A program made the translations under genes and the position numbers. The notes beneath the pieces are model-generated. The model worked only from the letters and a program-made list of their open reading frames with translations, searched no databases and was not told where the DNA came from. A DNA stretch of 64,000 bases from Macrostomum lignano (taxonomy: Eukaryota): positions 1 to 64,000 of the forward strand of contig NIVC01000958.1 of assembly GCA_002269645.1 (NCBI GenBank), written 5' to 3'. This document shows, one piece after another, positions 33,356 through 46,339 of this stretch. Position 1 is the first letter of the stretch; each line of letters begins with the position of its first letter.

Positions 33356-36300
33356 ATGGGAAAGCTGATCATTGACACCGACTGCGGCCTTGACGATGCC
33401 AATGCTATTCTGCTGGCGCTCAGCCATCCAGACACTCAGGTGCTGGCCATCACCATGGTTGATGGCAACACCTGTCTGGATAATGTGGTGCAGAATGTAC
33501 TTCGAGTTCTGCGAGCGGCTGGCAGGCAGGATGTGAGTTCGAATCTATGCTCAATTCTATTGCTGTCTGCTATGTAGCAAGAAGTTTTTGTCGCCTTTTT
33601 AGGACTTAGGGGGCTGCAGCTCGTGCTCAGAGTGTCGGACTAACCACTGAAAGGTCAGGGGTTCGATTCTCGACCCACTTGGAACAATTTGTGTCCTTGA
33701 GCAAGACACCCAATTGTAAAATGGGATAAGCCAGCATTAGATGGCGTAATTAATGGTGGGTGTGTGGCGACCCGCGACCCCCCCCCCCTTAGTCCTTGGA
33801 CTGAACAGCCGTACGCAGCCTTCAGATGCGCCGCGCAATAGCTGCGGCTGAGCTGTCGGTTGCACATCTGGCATTAAGGCAGATAAATAATAGTTATTAT
33901 TTAGGACTGAAAATAAGTGAATGTACTATTTTATATGAAAAAGTTAAGCATTAACAATAATCATTAGATAGGTGTTTATAGTGACTTACCCTGGACGGCA
34001 GGATCTTCGTTAGCAGATCAGTGCAGTATAACTGATATCATTGCTGATAGACCACGAATAAAATAAACAATTTTAATAATAAAGTTTTGTCTTTAATCTT
34101 TTGTCAGTAGAAAAACAAGTAAATTACGACTATAATTTTAAAATATATATCATAATGATTGTTATTTTGCGTATCTGGATACTAAGGTTAAAAATGTATT
34201 CCTGTTCTGTACATTTCTGAATTCTTGTCCGCGCAGATTCCCATCTACCGCGGCTCCGCCTGCAGCATGTTGAATCTGCCACGAAAATGCGCCAGCGACT
34301 ACCACGGCGAGGACGGGCTGGGCGACTTCCCGGATCATGAGCCCGTCAGCACAGAGCAGCTGCAGCAGGAGCACGCTGTGTGGGCGCTGGTGCGGCTGCT
34401 GCGGGAGCACGATGGTGGGTGTGGGTTTGGTGAGGGGTTTGGTGTGGTTTCTGGTGTGGGTTTTGGTGTGGTTTCTGGTGTGGGTTTTGGTGTGGTTTCT
34501 GGTGTGGGGTTTGGTATGGTTTCTGGTGTGGGGTTTGGTGTGGTTTCTGGTGTGGGGTTTGGTATGGTTTCTGGTGTGGGTTTTGGTGTGGTTTCTGGTG
34601 TGGGTTTTGGTGTGGTTTCTGGTGTGGGGTTTGGTGTGATTCCTGGTGGGGTTTAGTGTGGTTCCTGGTGTGGGGTTTGGTGTGGGGTTTGGTGTGGTTC
34701 CTGGTGTGGGTTCTGGTGTGGTTTCTGGTGTGGGTTTTGGTGTGGTTTCTGGTGTGGGTTTTGGTGTGGTTTCTGGTGTGGGTTTTGGTATGGTTCCTGG
34801 TGTGGGGTTTAGTGCGGTTTCTGGTGTGGGGTTTGGTGTGGGTTTTGGTGTGGTTTCTGGTGTGGGTTTGGTGTCGTTTCTGGTGTGGGTTCTGGTGTGA
34901 TTCCTGGTGTGGGGTTTAGTGTGGTTCCTGGTGTGGGGTTTGGTGTGGGGTTTGGTGTGGTTCCTGGTGTGGGTTTTGGTGTGGTTTCTGGTGTGGGTTT
35001 TGGTGTGGTTTCTGGTGTGGGTTTTGGTGTGGTTTCTGGTGTGGGTTTTGGTATGGTTCCTGGTGTGGGGTTTAGTGCGGTTTCTGGTGTGGGGTTTGGT
35101 GTGGGGTTTGGTGTGGTTCCTGGTGTTGGGTTTAGTATGATTCCTGGTGTGGGGTTTAGTGTGTTTTCTGGTGTGGGGTTTGGTGTGGGGTTTGGTGTGA
35201 TTCCTGGTGTGGGGTTTGGTGTGGTTCCTGGTGTGGGTTTTGGTGTGGTTCCTGGTGTGGGTTTTGGTGTGGTTCCTGGTGTGGGGTTTGGTGTGGTTTC
35301 TGGTGTGGGGTTTGGTGTGGTTTCTGGTGTGGGGTTTGGTGTGGTTTCTGGTGTGGGGTTTGGTGTGGTTTCTGGTGTGGGGTTTGGTGTGGTTTCTGGT
35401 GTGGGGTTTGGTGTGGTTTCTGGTGTGGGGTTTGGTGTGGTTTCTGGTGTGGGTTTTGGTGTGGTTTCTGGTGTGGGTTTTGGTGTGGTTTCTGGTGTGG
35501 GGTTTTGTGTGGTTTCTGGTGTGGGGTTTGGTGTGGTTTCTGGTGTGGGGTTTGGTGTATTGTCTGGTATGGTGTTGGGTGTGGGTTTTGTGTTAAGTGT
35601 ATGGGATCTGGTATGGGTTAGTTTGTGTAGATGCGTGGATAAGGATATGTTGGGACCCCAGTTGGGATCAGGAATAATAGGAGATCGGAAGCAGATTTAT
35701 TGAAGGTTCTCAATAAATAAACAGTCGATCAATTATTAAGAGGCTTCCGCTGATCCCGCCGCAGACGTTGACCTCGTCTGCCTTGGCCCGCTGACCAATC
35801 TGGCCCTGGCCATCCGCCTGGAGCCCGCGCTTGGCAACCGGATCCGCCGGCTCTGCATCATGGGCGGAAACTACAAAGGTAGCATATTGCGGCATTAACA
35901 CACCTAATTGCAGTCCTAAGCGAGACTAGATTACAACCCAATTAGCTACTAGATTACAACCCAATTAGCTACTTTATTAAAACTCAATTAGCCACTAGAT
36001 TACAACCCAATTAGCTACTAGATTACAACCCAATTAGCTACTAGATTACAACCCAATTAGCTACTTTATTAAAACTCAATTAGCCACTAGATTACAACCC
36101 AATTAGCTACTAGATTACAACCCAATTAGCTACTAGATTACAACCCAATTAGCCACTAGATTACAACCCAATTAGCCACTAGATTACAACCCAATTAGCC
36201 ACTAGATTACAACCCAATTAGCCACTAGATTACAACCCAATTAGCCACTAGATTACAACCCAATTAGCTACTAGATTACAACCCAATTAGCTACTAGATT

Positions 36301-37421
36301 ACAACCCAATTAGCCACTAGATTACAACCCAATTAGCTACTAGATTACAAACCAATTAGCCACTAGATTACAACCCAATTAGCCACTAGATTACAACCCA
36401 GTTAGCTACTAGATTACAACCCAGTTAGCTACTAGATTACAACCCAATTAGCCACTAGATTACAACCCAATTAGCTACTAGATTACAACCCAATTAGCCA
36501 CTAGATTACAACCCAATTAGCCTCTAGATTACAACCCAATTAGCTAAAAGCCGCCCTCATTCCGCAGGCAAAGGCAACATCACGATGACAGGCGAGTTCA
36601 ACTTTTACCGCGATCCTGAGGCCGCACACGTGGTGTTGCACGATCTGATTGGCTCCTGTCAGGTGACCATGGTCGGCTGGGAGGTCTGCGCTGAGAGCAT
36701 GGTGACCTTTGTGAGTAACGCCACATTTCACCTGCCTATCCATATTGCCATCCAGCCTTAGCTATATTTACCAGATTGCTGTCTTTATTTGTCTAAGAAT
36801 ACAGCCCCACTATTACCTGCTTACAATCCCAATACTACCAGATTACAATCCCAATGATAGCAGATTACAATCCCAATACTACCAGATTACAATCCCAATG
36901 ATACCAGATTACAATCCCAATGATAGCAGATTACAATCCCAATACTACCAGATTACAATCCCAATGATACCAGATTACAATCCCACTACTACCAGATTAC
37001 AATCCCAATACTACCAGATTACAATCCCAATACTACCAGATTACAATCCCAATACTACCTGATTACCCTGCTCCTTACCACACGTACTCAGGAGACCGCT
37101 GAGCAGCTGATGCTGCAGGGCTGCGGCCCCAAAGCCGACTTTGTCCGCAGCATCTACGCCAACGTGCTGCGCCAGCGCCTGCTGCCCGGCTTCGTCTTCT
37201 GCGACGAGCTGGCGATGGCCTGCCTGCTGTGGCCGCAGGTGGCCCGGCAGACCGAGCGGGCGCGGTTCCGGGTGGAGCTGGCCGGGCACTGGTGCCGGGG
37301 CATGGCCGTTCCCGACTGGGAGAGTCTCGACACCGGGGAGCATCAACCCATGGTTACCATGGTGACCAGTGTGGATATGACTCGGTTTTTAGATCTCATG
37401 CGAGCTTGCCTGAACGGCTGA
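33356..37421 (+). CDS. Inosine-uridine-preferring nucleoside hydrolase family protein (IUNH), 5 exons
   Basis: Exons 33356-33532, 34237-34414, 35765-35878, 36568-36710, 37092-37421, phase-consistent. Motifs [51 protein letters not shown] stands in place of the usual HD (Cys-type, group III-like). Confidence 0.95.
33608..33902 (+). mobile_element. tRNA-derived CORE-like SINE in nucleoside hydrolase intron 1
   Basis: B-box ggttcgattct; tgtgtccttgagcaagacac and tgtaaaatgggata resemble the MIR/CORE consensus; AT-rich tail; homologous to 5597-5910. Confidence 0.8.
34415..35590. repeat. 24-bp GT-rich minisatellite filling hydrolase intron 2
   Basis: (ggtgtggtttctggtgtggggttt)n starting at the donor site. 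Confidence 0.95.
35925..37062. repeat. Related 23-bp and 22-bp minisatellites in hydrolase introns 3 and 4
   Basis: (tagattacaacccaattagc[t/c]ac)n at 35925-36545; (attacaatcccaatactaccag)n at 36820-37062. Confidence 0.95.
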
Positions 37422-37519
37422 GGTTTGAAGGCTCTTCGTGTCTGCACCATGTCCCTACCATTTTCCCTTTCCTGAATTGCTGGATGCCCATTCCCGAATC
37501 CCCAGATAACAAAGCACGT

Positions 37520-38250
37520 GCATATCCTTAATCCCCTGATTCAAAACCCCAGATCCAAAATCTCAAAATCCTCAGATCCCGGATCCCCAGATCCAAAATC
37601 CCTAGATCTAAAATCCCCAGATCCAAAATCTCAAAATCCTCAGATCCCAGATCCTCAGATCCAAAATCCCCAGATCCCAAATCCCCAGATCCTTAATCAC
37701 AAAATCCTCAGATCCCGGATCCCCAGATGCAAAATCCCCAGATCCAAAATCCCTATATCTAAAATCCCCAGATCCAAATTCTCAAAATCCTCAGATCCCA
37801 GATCCCCAGATCCCAAATCCCCAGATCCCAAATCCCCAGATCCTTAATCACAAAATCCTTAGATCCCAGATCCCCAGATCCAAAATCCTTAGATCCCAGA
37901 TCCCCAGATCCAAAATCCTTAGATCCAAAATCCCCAGATCCAAAATCCCCAGATCCAACATCCCCAGATTTAACATCCCAGATCCCAAATCCCCAGATCC
38001 CAAATCCCCAGATCCTTAATCACAAAATCCTTAGATCCCAGATCCCCAGATCCAAAATCCTTAGATCCAAAATCCCCAGATCCAAAATCCCCAGATCCAA
38101 CATCCCAGATCCAACATCCCCAGATCCAAAATCCCCAGATCCAACATCCCAGATCCAACATCCCCAGATCCAAAATCCCCAGATCCAACATCCCCAGATC
38201 TAAAATCCCAAAATCCCCAGATCCCCAAATCCCAAATCCCCATATTTGAA
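37520..38250. repeat. Degenerate ccccagatcc(c)aaa(a)t repeat
   Basis: Short ~14-bp irregular units. Confidence 0.9.
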
Positions 38251-38779
38251 ATCCCACGCATTCAAAATGTCTCACATTCAAAGCTCTGAATTGTTTTGCA
38301 AGTTCACTCCCTCTTAGCTGACAACATTACGCGCTTTCAAAATCGTTTCAAAAGGAAAAGCTAGAAGTTTCGAGATCAATCTCATATTGTTGAACCGAAT
38401 GAAATATCAAACCCTTATGCTGCTAGTTCACTATAGTTCCAATGAAATAAAACTTCTTATATGATTTTACATACGAGTATGCGCATGTTTTTAACGCAAG
38501 TCAATTTTAATAAACTTAGTGTATTGCCGTGACAATATAGCGAGTTTTTAACACGTTTAATTTTAGTTTTATCTGATATTTATTGAATTTTTCGACTTGG
38601 TACTATTCGTAGTTCTATCTTATTCAGTTTATTAGTCTATTACGCTTAATATGCACGATATAGCATACATTAATCTTGATTATTTGCATTTTAAACTTTG
38701 AAAAATTTCAGAAAACTTTTTTTTCGTTACTGCTTTCTACAAGGTAAAATCTATTTTGATATTCTTGTGAATTGAGCTT

Positions 38780-39125
38780 ATGACATGGTCATGACTCACG
38801 TATAAATCATCACTGACCATGACTCACGCTCATGAACCATCACTGGCCATGACTCACGCTCATGCCATCACTGGCCATGATTCACGCTCATGCCATCACT
38901 GGCCATGATTCACACTCATAAACCATCACTGACCATGATTCACACTCATAAACCATCAGTGGCCATGATTCACACTCATAAACCATCAGTGGCCATGATT
39001 CACACTCATAAACCATCACTGACCATGATTCACACTCATAAACCATCAGTGGCCATGATTCACACTCATAAACCATCACTGGCCATGACTTACACTCACA
39101 AACCATCGCTGGCCATGACTCATGA
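38780..39125. repeat. 30-bp minisatellite
   Basis: (cacactcataaaccatcactggccatgatt)n. Confidence 0.9.
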
Positions 39126-39440
39126 ACCACCGGTGGCAGGCTTTGCATTTGAATTATGGAGTTCTCTTTTTTTCTGTTTAAAAGTCAGGCCACAGCAAGT
39201 TCTGTTTACATTAGGCATATTTAAATGGTTTAAATGTATTCAGTTTACCAAGTGCACCATGGGCTTCATAGTTAGTTGGAATTCGCTATGTAAACATTTT
39301 CAAAGTTTTTTAAGTCAGCCAGCTTTTCCAGTTAAAGATCGCAATCGAGCCACATATTGAACTAATGTAAACTTTATAGATATCAACAACTATTATAGCG
39401 TACGTACATGTATGGAAGTTAAAAGTTAATATTAAAAAGC

Positions 39441-40547
39441 TCAGTTGATTGAAGTAGCGCTTTCAGGTATCGGAATCGGCTTTGAGCTGCTGTCCTTGTA
39501 GTACTCTTTGTACTTGACAAATGTGCACCCATCCAGATCATAGTGACCCGACGCCGTCGTGAACATCAAGCTGTCACTGTTTGAATCTTCGCTATCGGAG
39601 CCACTTGATGCGTCATACTGGTCTGTCACCTGATCGATTATTTGCAACACCTTTGCGAACTCGATAGCTGGCTTGCTTGACGTCTGGAATATGAGAGGCG
39701 GTCATTGAGGTCATGAAGGGTCACTCTTGTCATGAAGGGTCACTCTTGTCATGAAGGTTCACTCTTGTCATGAAGGTTCACTCTTGTCATGTTCACTCTT
39801 GTCATGAAGGCTCACTCTTGTCATGAAGGTTCACTCTTGTCATGAAGGTTCACTCTTGTCATGAAGGTTCACCCTTGTCATGAAGGGTCACTCTTGTCAT
39901 GAAGGTTCACTCTTGTCATGAAGGTTCACTCTTGTCATGAAGGTTCACCCTTGTCATGAAGGTTCACTCTTGTCATGAAGGGTCACTCTTGTCATGAAGG
40001 TTCACTCTTGTCATGAAGGTTCACTCTTGTCATGAAGGTTCACCCTTGTCATGAAGGGTCACTCTTGTCATGAAGGCTCACTCTTGTCATGAAGGCTCAC
40101 TCTTGTCATGAAGGGTCACTCTTGTCATGAAGGTTCACCCTTGTCATGAAGGTTCACTCTTGTCATGAAGGTTCACTCTTGTCATGAAGGGTCACTCTTG
40201 TCATGAAGGTTCACTCTTGTCATGAAGGCTCACTCTTGTCATGAAGGTTCACTCTTGTCATGAAGGTTCACTCTTGTCATGAAGATTCACCCTTGTCATG
40301 AAGGTTCACTCTTGTCATGAAGGTTCACTCTTATTATGAAGGTTCATTATGGTCACACAATTTCACTCTTGTTGAGATTCACTTAGATCATGCAGGTTAC
40401 TCATGTGTTCACATGTTACTTCCTGTCACTAACTAAGTGCTAAGTCATTAACTAAGTGCACTGAAAAGCACACAAGTATCATGCCCTGGAAGCTTACTTG
40501 GCAGCGTACGGTATTTTGATGCTGTTTATTGTCGCGCGGTACAGTGT
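39441..40547 (-). CDS. Candidate cytoplasmic-tail exons (40547-40498 and 39683-39441) of the receptor locus
   Basis: Acceptor tattccag then 81 open codons TSSKPAIEFAKVLQIIDQVTDQYDAS...GHYDLDGCTFVKYKEYYKDSSSKPIPIPESATSIN*. A small upstream exon ends in gtaagc. The connection to copy 1 is not established. Confidence 0.55.
39715..40340. repeat. 19-bp minisatellite
   Basis: (gtcatgaaggttcactctt)n. Confidence 0.95.
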
Positions 40548-41054
40548 CTATTACCAGTCAATTGTTATATATAAGTTTGGTCAGGCAGGCTTCAATAATA
40601 TCTTGCTTGGCTACTTATAGAAATCTTTCAACAGCAAAAGCTGATGTGCAGTTTTGCGTCATATGCAAGCTGTTTGCATTAGAAGTTAAAATCTTCACAT
40701 GTAAACTTGGGAATCACATGCCTAACTTGTAGGGGTATTAGCAAGGGGCCGAGTAGAGCGAATTCAAGACCAATGAAAACTGAGTTTAAAGAAACATGAG
40801 GTGTACAAGCACACGCCTGACTATGAGAAAGGAAGTGCCTGTGTTAGTGTACGTATCTGCGTAAGCACTGTGCCTGCATGTAGTCCGCTAAGGGTTTAGC
40901 CAAATGAGCATGACTGCTTGTGTCCCAGCTGGCTCCGGATTGACTGTCCGTATCAGCTCAAATGAGACCAGTTCGGTCGGGAGCATGCGGCCTAAAGGAC
41001 ATCTTCTAGGAAGCTGTGAAGGTGATTGGAAAGTAACACGCAAACTACTCAGGT

Positions 41055-44000
41055 TTAATTTATTGAGGTTCCGGATGATGGGATAGTCTGTGATTGCAGC
41101 CGCTATAGTATATGGTACACGCATCATAACAGCTTCCATACAAATCTGCATATGCTTGTAAATACCTGCTGAGTACTGCAGCTCACTTGCTGCTCAGACT
41201 GGCCATCGCTGCAGTCCGCTTGCGGGATACTTCCTGCCAAGTCAGCCAGCTGGGTTTGACCAACGCTATAACTGCTAGTCGCTTGCTTTGTGGTGACGTA
41301 CAGGCAGACACCGGTGACCACCAGGATGAACACTGAAAGCAGCAGGCTAACTGCTCCAATCGCGACTGCCGCGTAGGTTCTTCTAGGAGCGTTCGGGTCG
41401 GATTCGTTGCTGGCTTCAGGTTTCAGAGTAAACGGAAACGTTTCAGAGCGGCTGATGTTGTAAGCTGTTGTTCCTCGAAAGGTCTGCCTTCCGCTACACT
41501 GGATTCTCACAGAGATGCTGCGCCGTAGCAGCGCCAGAGGAATCTTTGCGAGCTCCCACCGCTGAGTTGACGTTTGCTTCATGTTCTGCACGCTTGTGTT
41601 GCCACCAAAGTCAGCTGTGCACTGCACATCAGAAACCTTCCATCCGGAATCTGCTTTTGTGACCATGACCGACATGTTTCTGTCGTTCAACTCTGGTGCG
41701 GATATTTTTAGGCTTGTTTTGTCTAAAATGGCGGTCACACATCCATCTGACTAAAGCTTCGAAGTCATCGAGTGTAAAAAGAATCAGTGAGCTCACAGAT
41801 AACTGCAGGCAGTTGATTGGCGCTGGTCTCTACGTCTGGGTACTCGACACCTGACTGGTTGACCTGGCAGCGCACCAGCCAGCGGCTCCGGGCCATCCAC
41901 CGGCTCACCCGCAGCAGGTGCTCGCTGTTGAAGTCCGTATTCTGAGGATGGATGAGAATGAATGTTACATTTACCTTCAACTCAAGTTTAGTATTTTCAA
42001 CTACGTAACTACAGAACATTATTATGCATAACACGAAGTACAACAATACTGGTACTTCATTAAAAATAGTTGACTTTTTAGATTTCCTCTAACCAGAAAC
42101 TGAAGCTTCCCGGAAAACAGTCAGTACAACGCAAACCGAGTCATAAAGTTCACCTGAACTTTCTTGAGCAGCTGGGAGAATGGAGCTGCCGAGTCAATTA
42201 ACCAGCAGCTGTGGCTGACGGGCCAGAAGCTGCAGCTGTCTGACCTGACCCTGACTGTCCTGACCTCGTGCTCGCGCCAGAACTCGGCCTGCTCAAACTC
42301 AATCCGCGTCACGCAGGGCTCTGTAGAGAAAATACATTGGAACTTTGCACTGGATAACGTACCAGGTAATCTGTATTGTTTCTCTCATTGGCTTACCGCT
42401 AATAGCTGTGATGCTGTGACGCTTCACCACAGAGGTGACGCTTCCAGTTGTTGCAAAACTTTCTTTGCAATTAATGTAACTAGCCTTCATCCACTTCGAC
42501 ACTGTGAAGGTAAACGTCGACTTCACAGAAAAGACAGGCAGGTTTTCCGAGTTCCAAGTGATCCTCCTTTCCTGCGAATTCGATAGTGAGTGAGAGAATG
42601 TCAAACACCAGCTAATTCTGCCAAGCAGAACTTGGGTTGCTTACAATGGCTGCAGCTGTCAGAACCTCAGCCTGTGATGAAGGTGCATTCGAACTGCTAG
42701 CTCCGATCCAGCACAGGTGTCGCGGCTCCGGAGAAGAGTCTGTGGTGATGAAGCTGACGGAAGCTGTTCTTCCGGACACGAACACAGCGGGAGGCGAAAT
42801 TTCTGACTGAATTGGCGGAACTGAAAGGCGAATTTCTGGTCTCGTATTACAGAGCGGCTTTAGTGGCTCCGATAAAAACACTGTGAGCTGAACTCACTTC
42901 TCAATAGCAGCATTCGCTCAAGTCTTGTATCTCTTTGACGTCCTCGACTGCAGCTGAGCAGTGCGCCCTGATGCTCCAAGCTCGATTTGAATTCAAACAT
43001 TTGCTGACATTCTTCATGGATCGTTCGCAACTACAATGCCAGAATTTCTCTCTAATCAGAATTATACCAAATCAAAATTGATACTCATGCAAACCTACAT
43101 ATTTGACCCTGAATTGTTTTCCATTGCGGTTCCGTATGCTGCAGTTAAGCCTTGAGCTGGTGGTTTTTAAGCCACAGTCCCGCACGGAAAAGCAGATGGG
43201 ATCGCCGACAGAAGATTTTCCGATGTTGTCCAGACTGGCGCATATTTGAGTGTCAACGTCAAGCAGCTGCAGACAGGCAGGTCGACCTGAAAAAGGCGTG
43301 AGTTGAGCACAGAACTCCAGACCAGAATCAATAATTTGAGCGCATTTACCTGTCAGGTTGAGTGCAGACCACTGCAGGTCGCCTGAGCTGTTCTTCAGAA
43401 GAATGAAGGACACTGGGACCTGCCATTCAAGTTTGATAGCATTGGTCTTCTGAAGGCATTAACTAATATCTTAATGCATGCAACATAAGACAACAGGTCT
43501 GTGGTGACTACCTGGACATTGAGCTGCCTCCACCGGTCGCTGCTGCCGTAGGTCTCCCAGCTGGCGTCGCACGGATTCTCCAGCTGCATCTCCAGCGGGA
43601 GGCTCGAGGCTCCGACCGCTGACACGGACGAGCCGACTGGAGCTGCTGCGTGCCACTGGCCATCTGCAACACGAGTGCTTGGCTGCTAGCTGGTCTCACA
43701 CTGTCTCAGAGTGCTAATTAGATGCTAGCTGGTCTCACACTGTCTCAGAATGCTAATTAGATGCTAGCTGGTCTCACACTGTCTCACACTCTGTGTCCCA
43801 GACTCCCTCTGCTTCATCATGCATCATGAGAATCAGTCGGTCAGCGTCACTCACCCCAGTCTCGCACGCTAACCGTCTCCAGCATCATCGGCTGCCTCAG
43901 CTGCATCACAAGCCACCGAGGCCCGGACCGCACAACAGCAGGGAATCGGTTTGTCTCTGACTGCCGACTCTTCCACCAACGGCAGTGCGCACCGCTGGGT

Positions 44001-44225
44001 TGCCAGGTGCGCAGAACGTCAGCCCTGCTCAGCTGCACTGTCACTGCAACATGTTTGACTCAGCTTTCAGTATCTGTGGTTTTCGATTAAAGTTTTTTAA
44101 AACCTGCATATTCTGACAGAGATCATCAGCTCACCTTTATGTTTTGCGTCAGTGCATTGGGCTTCTGCGCTAGAGACCCGAAGGCTCAGCAGCGCCGGCA
44201 GAAGCAGCCAAATCTGCTGCTTCAT
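41055..44225 (-). CDS. Type I membrane receptor, copy 1 (signal peptide, discoidin-like region, Ig-like domains, TM, tail; ~730 aa)
   Basis: Exons 44225-44135 (MKQQIWLLLPALLSLRVSSAEAQ), 44043-43855, 43663-43512, 43449-43350, 43286-43099, 43030-42898, 42835-42645, 42571-42397 and 42320-42154 have consistent phases. Uncertain micro-exons ~42105-41975; then 41941-41797, 41746-41187 (TM AVAIGAVSLLLSVFILVVTGVCLYV) and 41087-41055. C2-set-like motifs FEFKSSLEHQGALLSC, VPP...SPPAV..SG....V.F.T..SSPEP...W, STFTFTVSKWMKA.YINC. Confidence 0.8.
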
Positions 44226-44722
44226 GTTAGCGAAGGAGTGTCCCAGCGACCAATGTTGTCAGAGTTAAATTTATAGCTGTAAAAATCTCAGATAATTGAC
44301 CGCAGTTCATGCCACCAGTTAGGTGCAAGGTAAACAAACTTCAAACTGATTGATGCAATTAACTGCGAAACTGTACACTTGTGTTCACGCACAGATGTTT
44401 TTACCCTGCTTTTAGGAGCGATGTTTCTAACCAGCTTTGCCTCCTTCGTTTATGATTTATCATTTAAAAATGAAAATCTCAAGTCCTAGCTGAGACATCT
44501 GCTTTTTCTATGAGGATTTATGGGTTAAAAAGCGCTTGGGACGTATGAACGTAGCACTGTGAGGGTAGAATATGTTTTCTTTGGACATGACTTACTTGAC
44601 TCGGCTGCAGGGCATTTCGGGTAGCAGGATACAGCGGGGTTGTTGTGGTTGTGCTGCTGTGTCGCGCAGGGAGATCCGGTGGTGCCGTTTACCGCATTGC
44701 GGCCCCCTTCTGGAGAGTCCAA

Positions 44723-45937
44723 CAGGGGCGTAGCCAGAGGGGGGCAAGGGGGGCCGTGGCCTCCCCAATCACCAACTCTGGCCTTGGCACCCCCCCCCCC
44801 ACTAAAAGAAACTGCCCCCTCCCCTAAAGAAACTGCATGGCGCCCCCCCCCCTATAAGAAACTGGCGCCCCCCTATAAGAAACTGGCGCCCCCCTAAAAG
44901 AAACTGGCGCCCCCCCTAAAAGAAACTGCCCCCCCGTATAAGAAACTGCCCCCCCCCCTATAAGAAACTGCCCCTCCCCTAAAAGAAACTGCATGGCGCC
45001 CCCCCCCCACTAAAAGAAACTGGCGCCCCCTTCCTAAAAGAAACTGGCGCCCCTAAAAGAAACTGGCGGCCCCCCCCTAAAAGAAACTGGCGGCCCCCTA
45101 AAAGAAACTGGCGCCCCCTATAAGAAACTGGCGCCCCCCCACTAAAAGAAACTGGCGCCCCCCTCCTAAAAGAAACTGCATGGCGCCCCCCCCCACTAAA
45201 AGAAACTGGCTCCCCCTTCCTAAAAGAAACTGGCTCCCCCTTCCTAAAAGAAACTGGCGCCCCCTATAAGAAACTGGCGCCCCCCTAAAAAAACTGGCGC
45301 ACCCCCCTATAAGAAACTGCCCCCCCCCCCTAAAGAAACTGCATGGCGCCCCCCCCACTAAAAGAAACTGGCGCCCCCTATAAGAAACTGGCGTCCCCTC
45401 CTATAAGAAACTGGCGCCCCCGCCCCCTAAAAGAAACTGGCGCCCCCCCCCTCCTAAAAGAAACTGGCGGCCCCCCCCTAAAAGAAACTGGCGCCCCCTA
45501 AAAGAAACTGGCGCCCCCCTAAAAGAAACTGGCGCCCCCTAAAAGAAACTGGCGCCCCCTAAAAGAAACTGGCGCCCCCCCTAGAAGAAGCTGGCGCCCC
45601 CCTAGAAGAAGCTGGCGCCCCCCTCCTAAAACTGGCGGCCCCCCTAAAAGAAACTGGCGCCCCCCTATAAGAAGCTGGTGCCTCCCTCCTAAAACTGGCG
45701 CCCCATAAAAGAAACTGGCGGCCCCTAAAAGAAACTGGCGCCCCCTAAAAGAAACTGGCGCCCCCTAAAAGAAACTGGCGCCCCCCCTAGAAGAAGCTGG
45801 CGCCCCCCTAGAAGAAGCTGGCGCCCCCCTCCTAAAACTGGCGGCCCCCCTAAAAGAAACTGGCGCCCCCCTATAAAAAAGCTTGCGCCCCCTAACTCAC
45901 GCCCCCCCCCCAATTAAAATTCCTGGCTACGCCCCTG
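44723..45937. mobile_element. hAT-type MITE filled with an aaagaaactggcgcccccc minisatellite (copy 1)
   Basis: Perfect 15-bp TIR caggggcgtagccag / ctggctacgcccctg; 8-bp TSD gagtccaa at 44715-44722 and 45938-45945. Confidence 0.9.
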
Positions 45938-46339
45938 GAGTCCAAGAGGTGTATTTTGGCGCCGCTGGGTTGCGTCACTTTAGATAAGCAATCTACCTAG
46001 GCGTTTCCATTGACTGAATCCATAACGGTAACGCAAAAGTAAAGTACTCATAGTTCTCGTAGTTACTGTACTCATAGTATGCACTTATTAAGATTTCGTT
46101 TTGGGCATGGCACGCTGCCTTTTACTTTGGGTTTCGTAATATAAAAATATTATGACAGAAAAACGAGTCGAGAAACTTAGCCTTACCAATTCGCCTTTGA
46201 CTCCCTACTGCGGCACGACATGGATGGTCGCTCGCCCGGTAGCCTCTCAGGTAGCAGACAAGCTGGCAGAGATTCTCGGGCCTGAAAACATCTGAAATGT
46301 TCCGGTTTCGAACAGAAGTGCGGGAACTATAAACTACCT

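Noticed and set aside
33608-33680. tRNA gene (also 5835-5910)
   Set aside because: A B-box is present but there is no cloverleaf or acceptor stem; it continues into a SINE body.
34885-35703. 272-aa Gly/Val-rich ORF and overlapping VWFLVWG ORFs
   Set aside because: Translation of a 24-bp minisatellite inside hydrolase intron 2.
42860-43080. Frameshifts and stops suggesting all receptor copies are pseudogenes
   Set aside because: These fall in 60-80-nt GT-AG introns; spliced frames are continuous.
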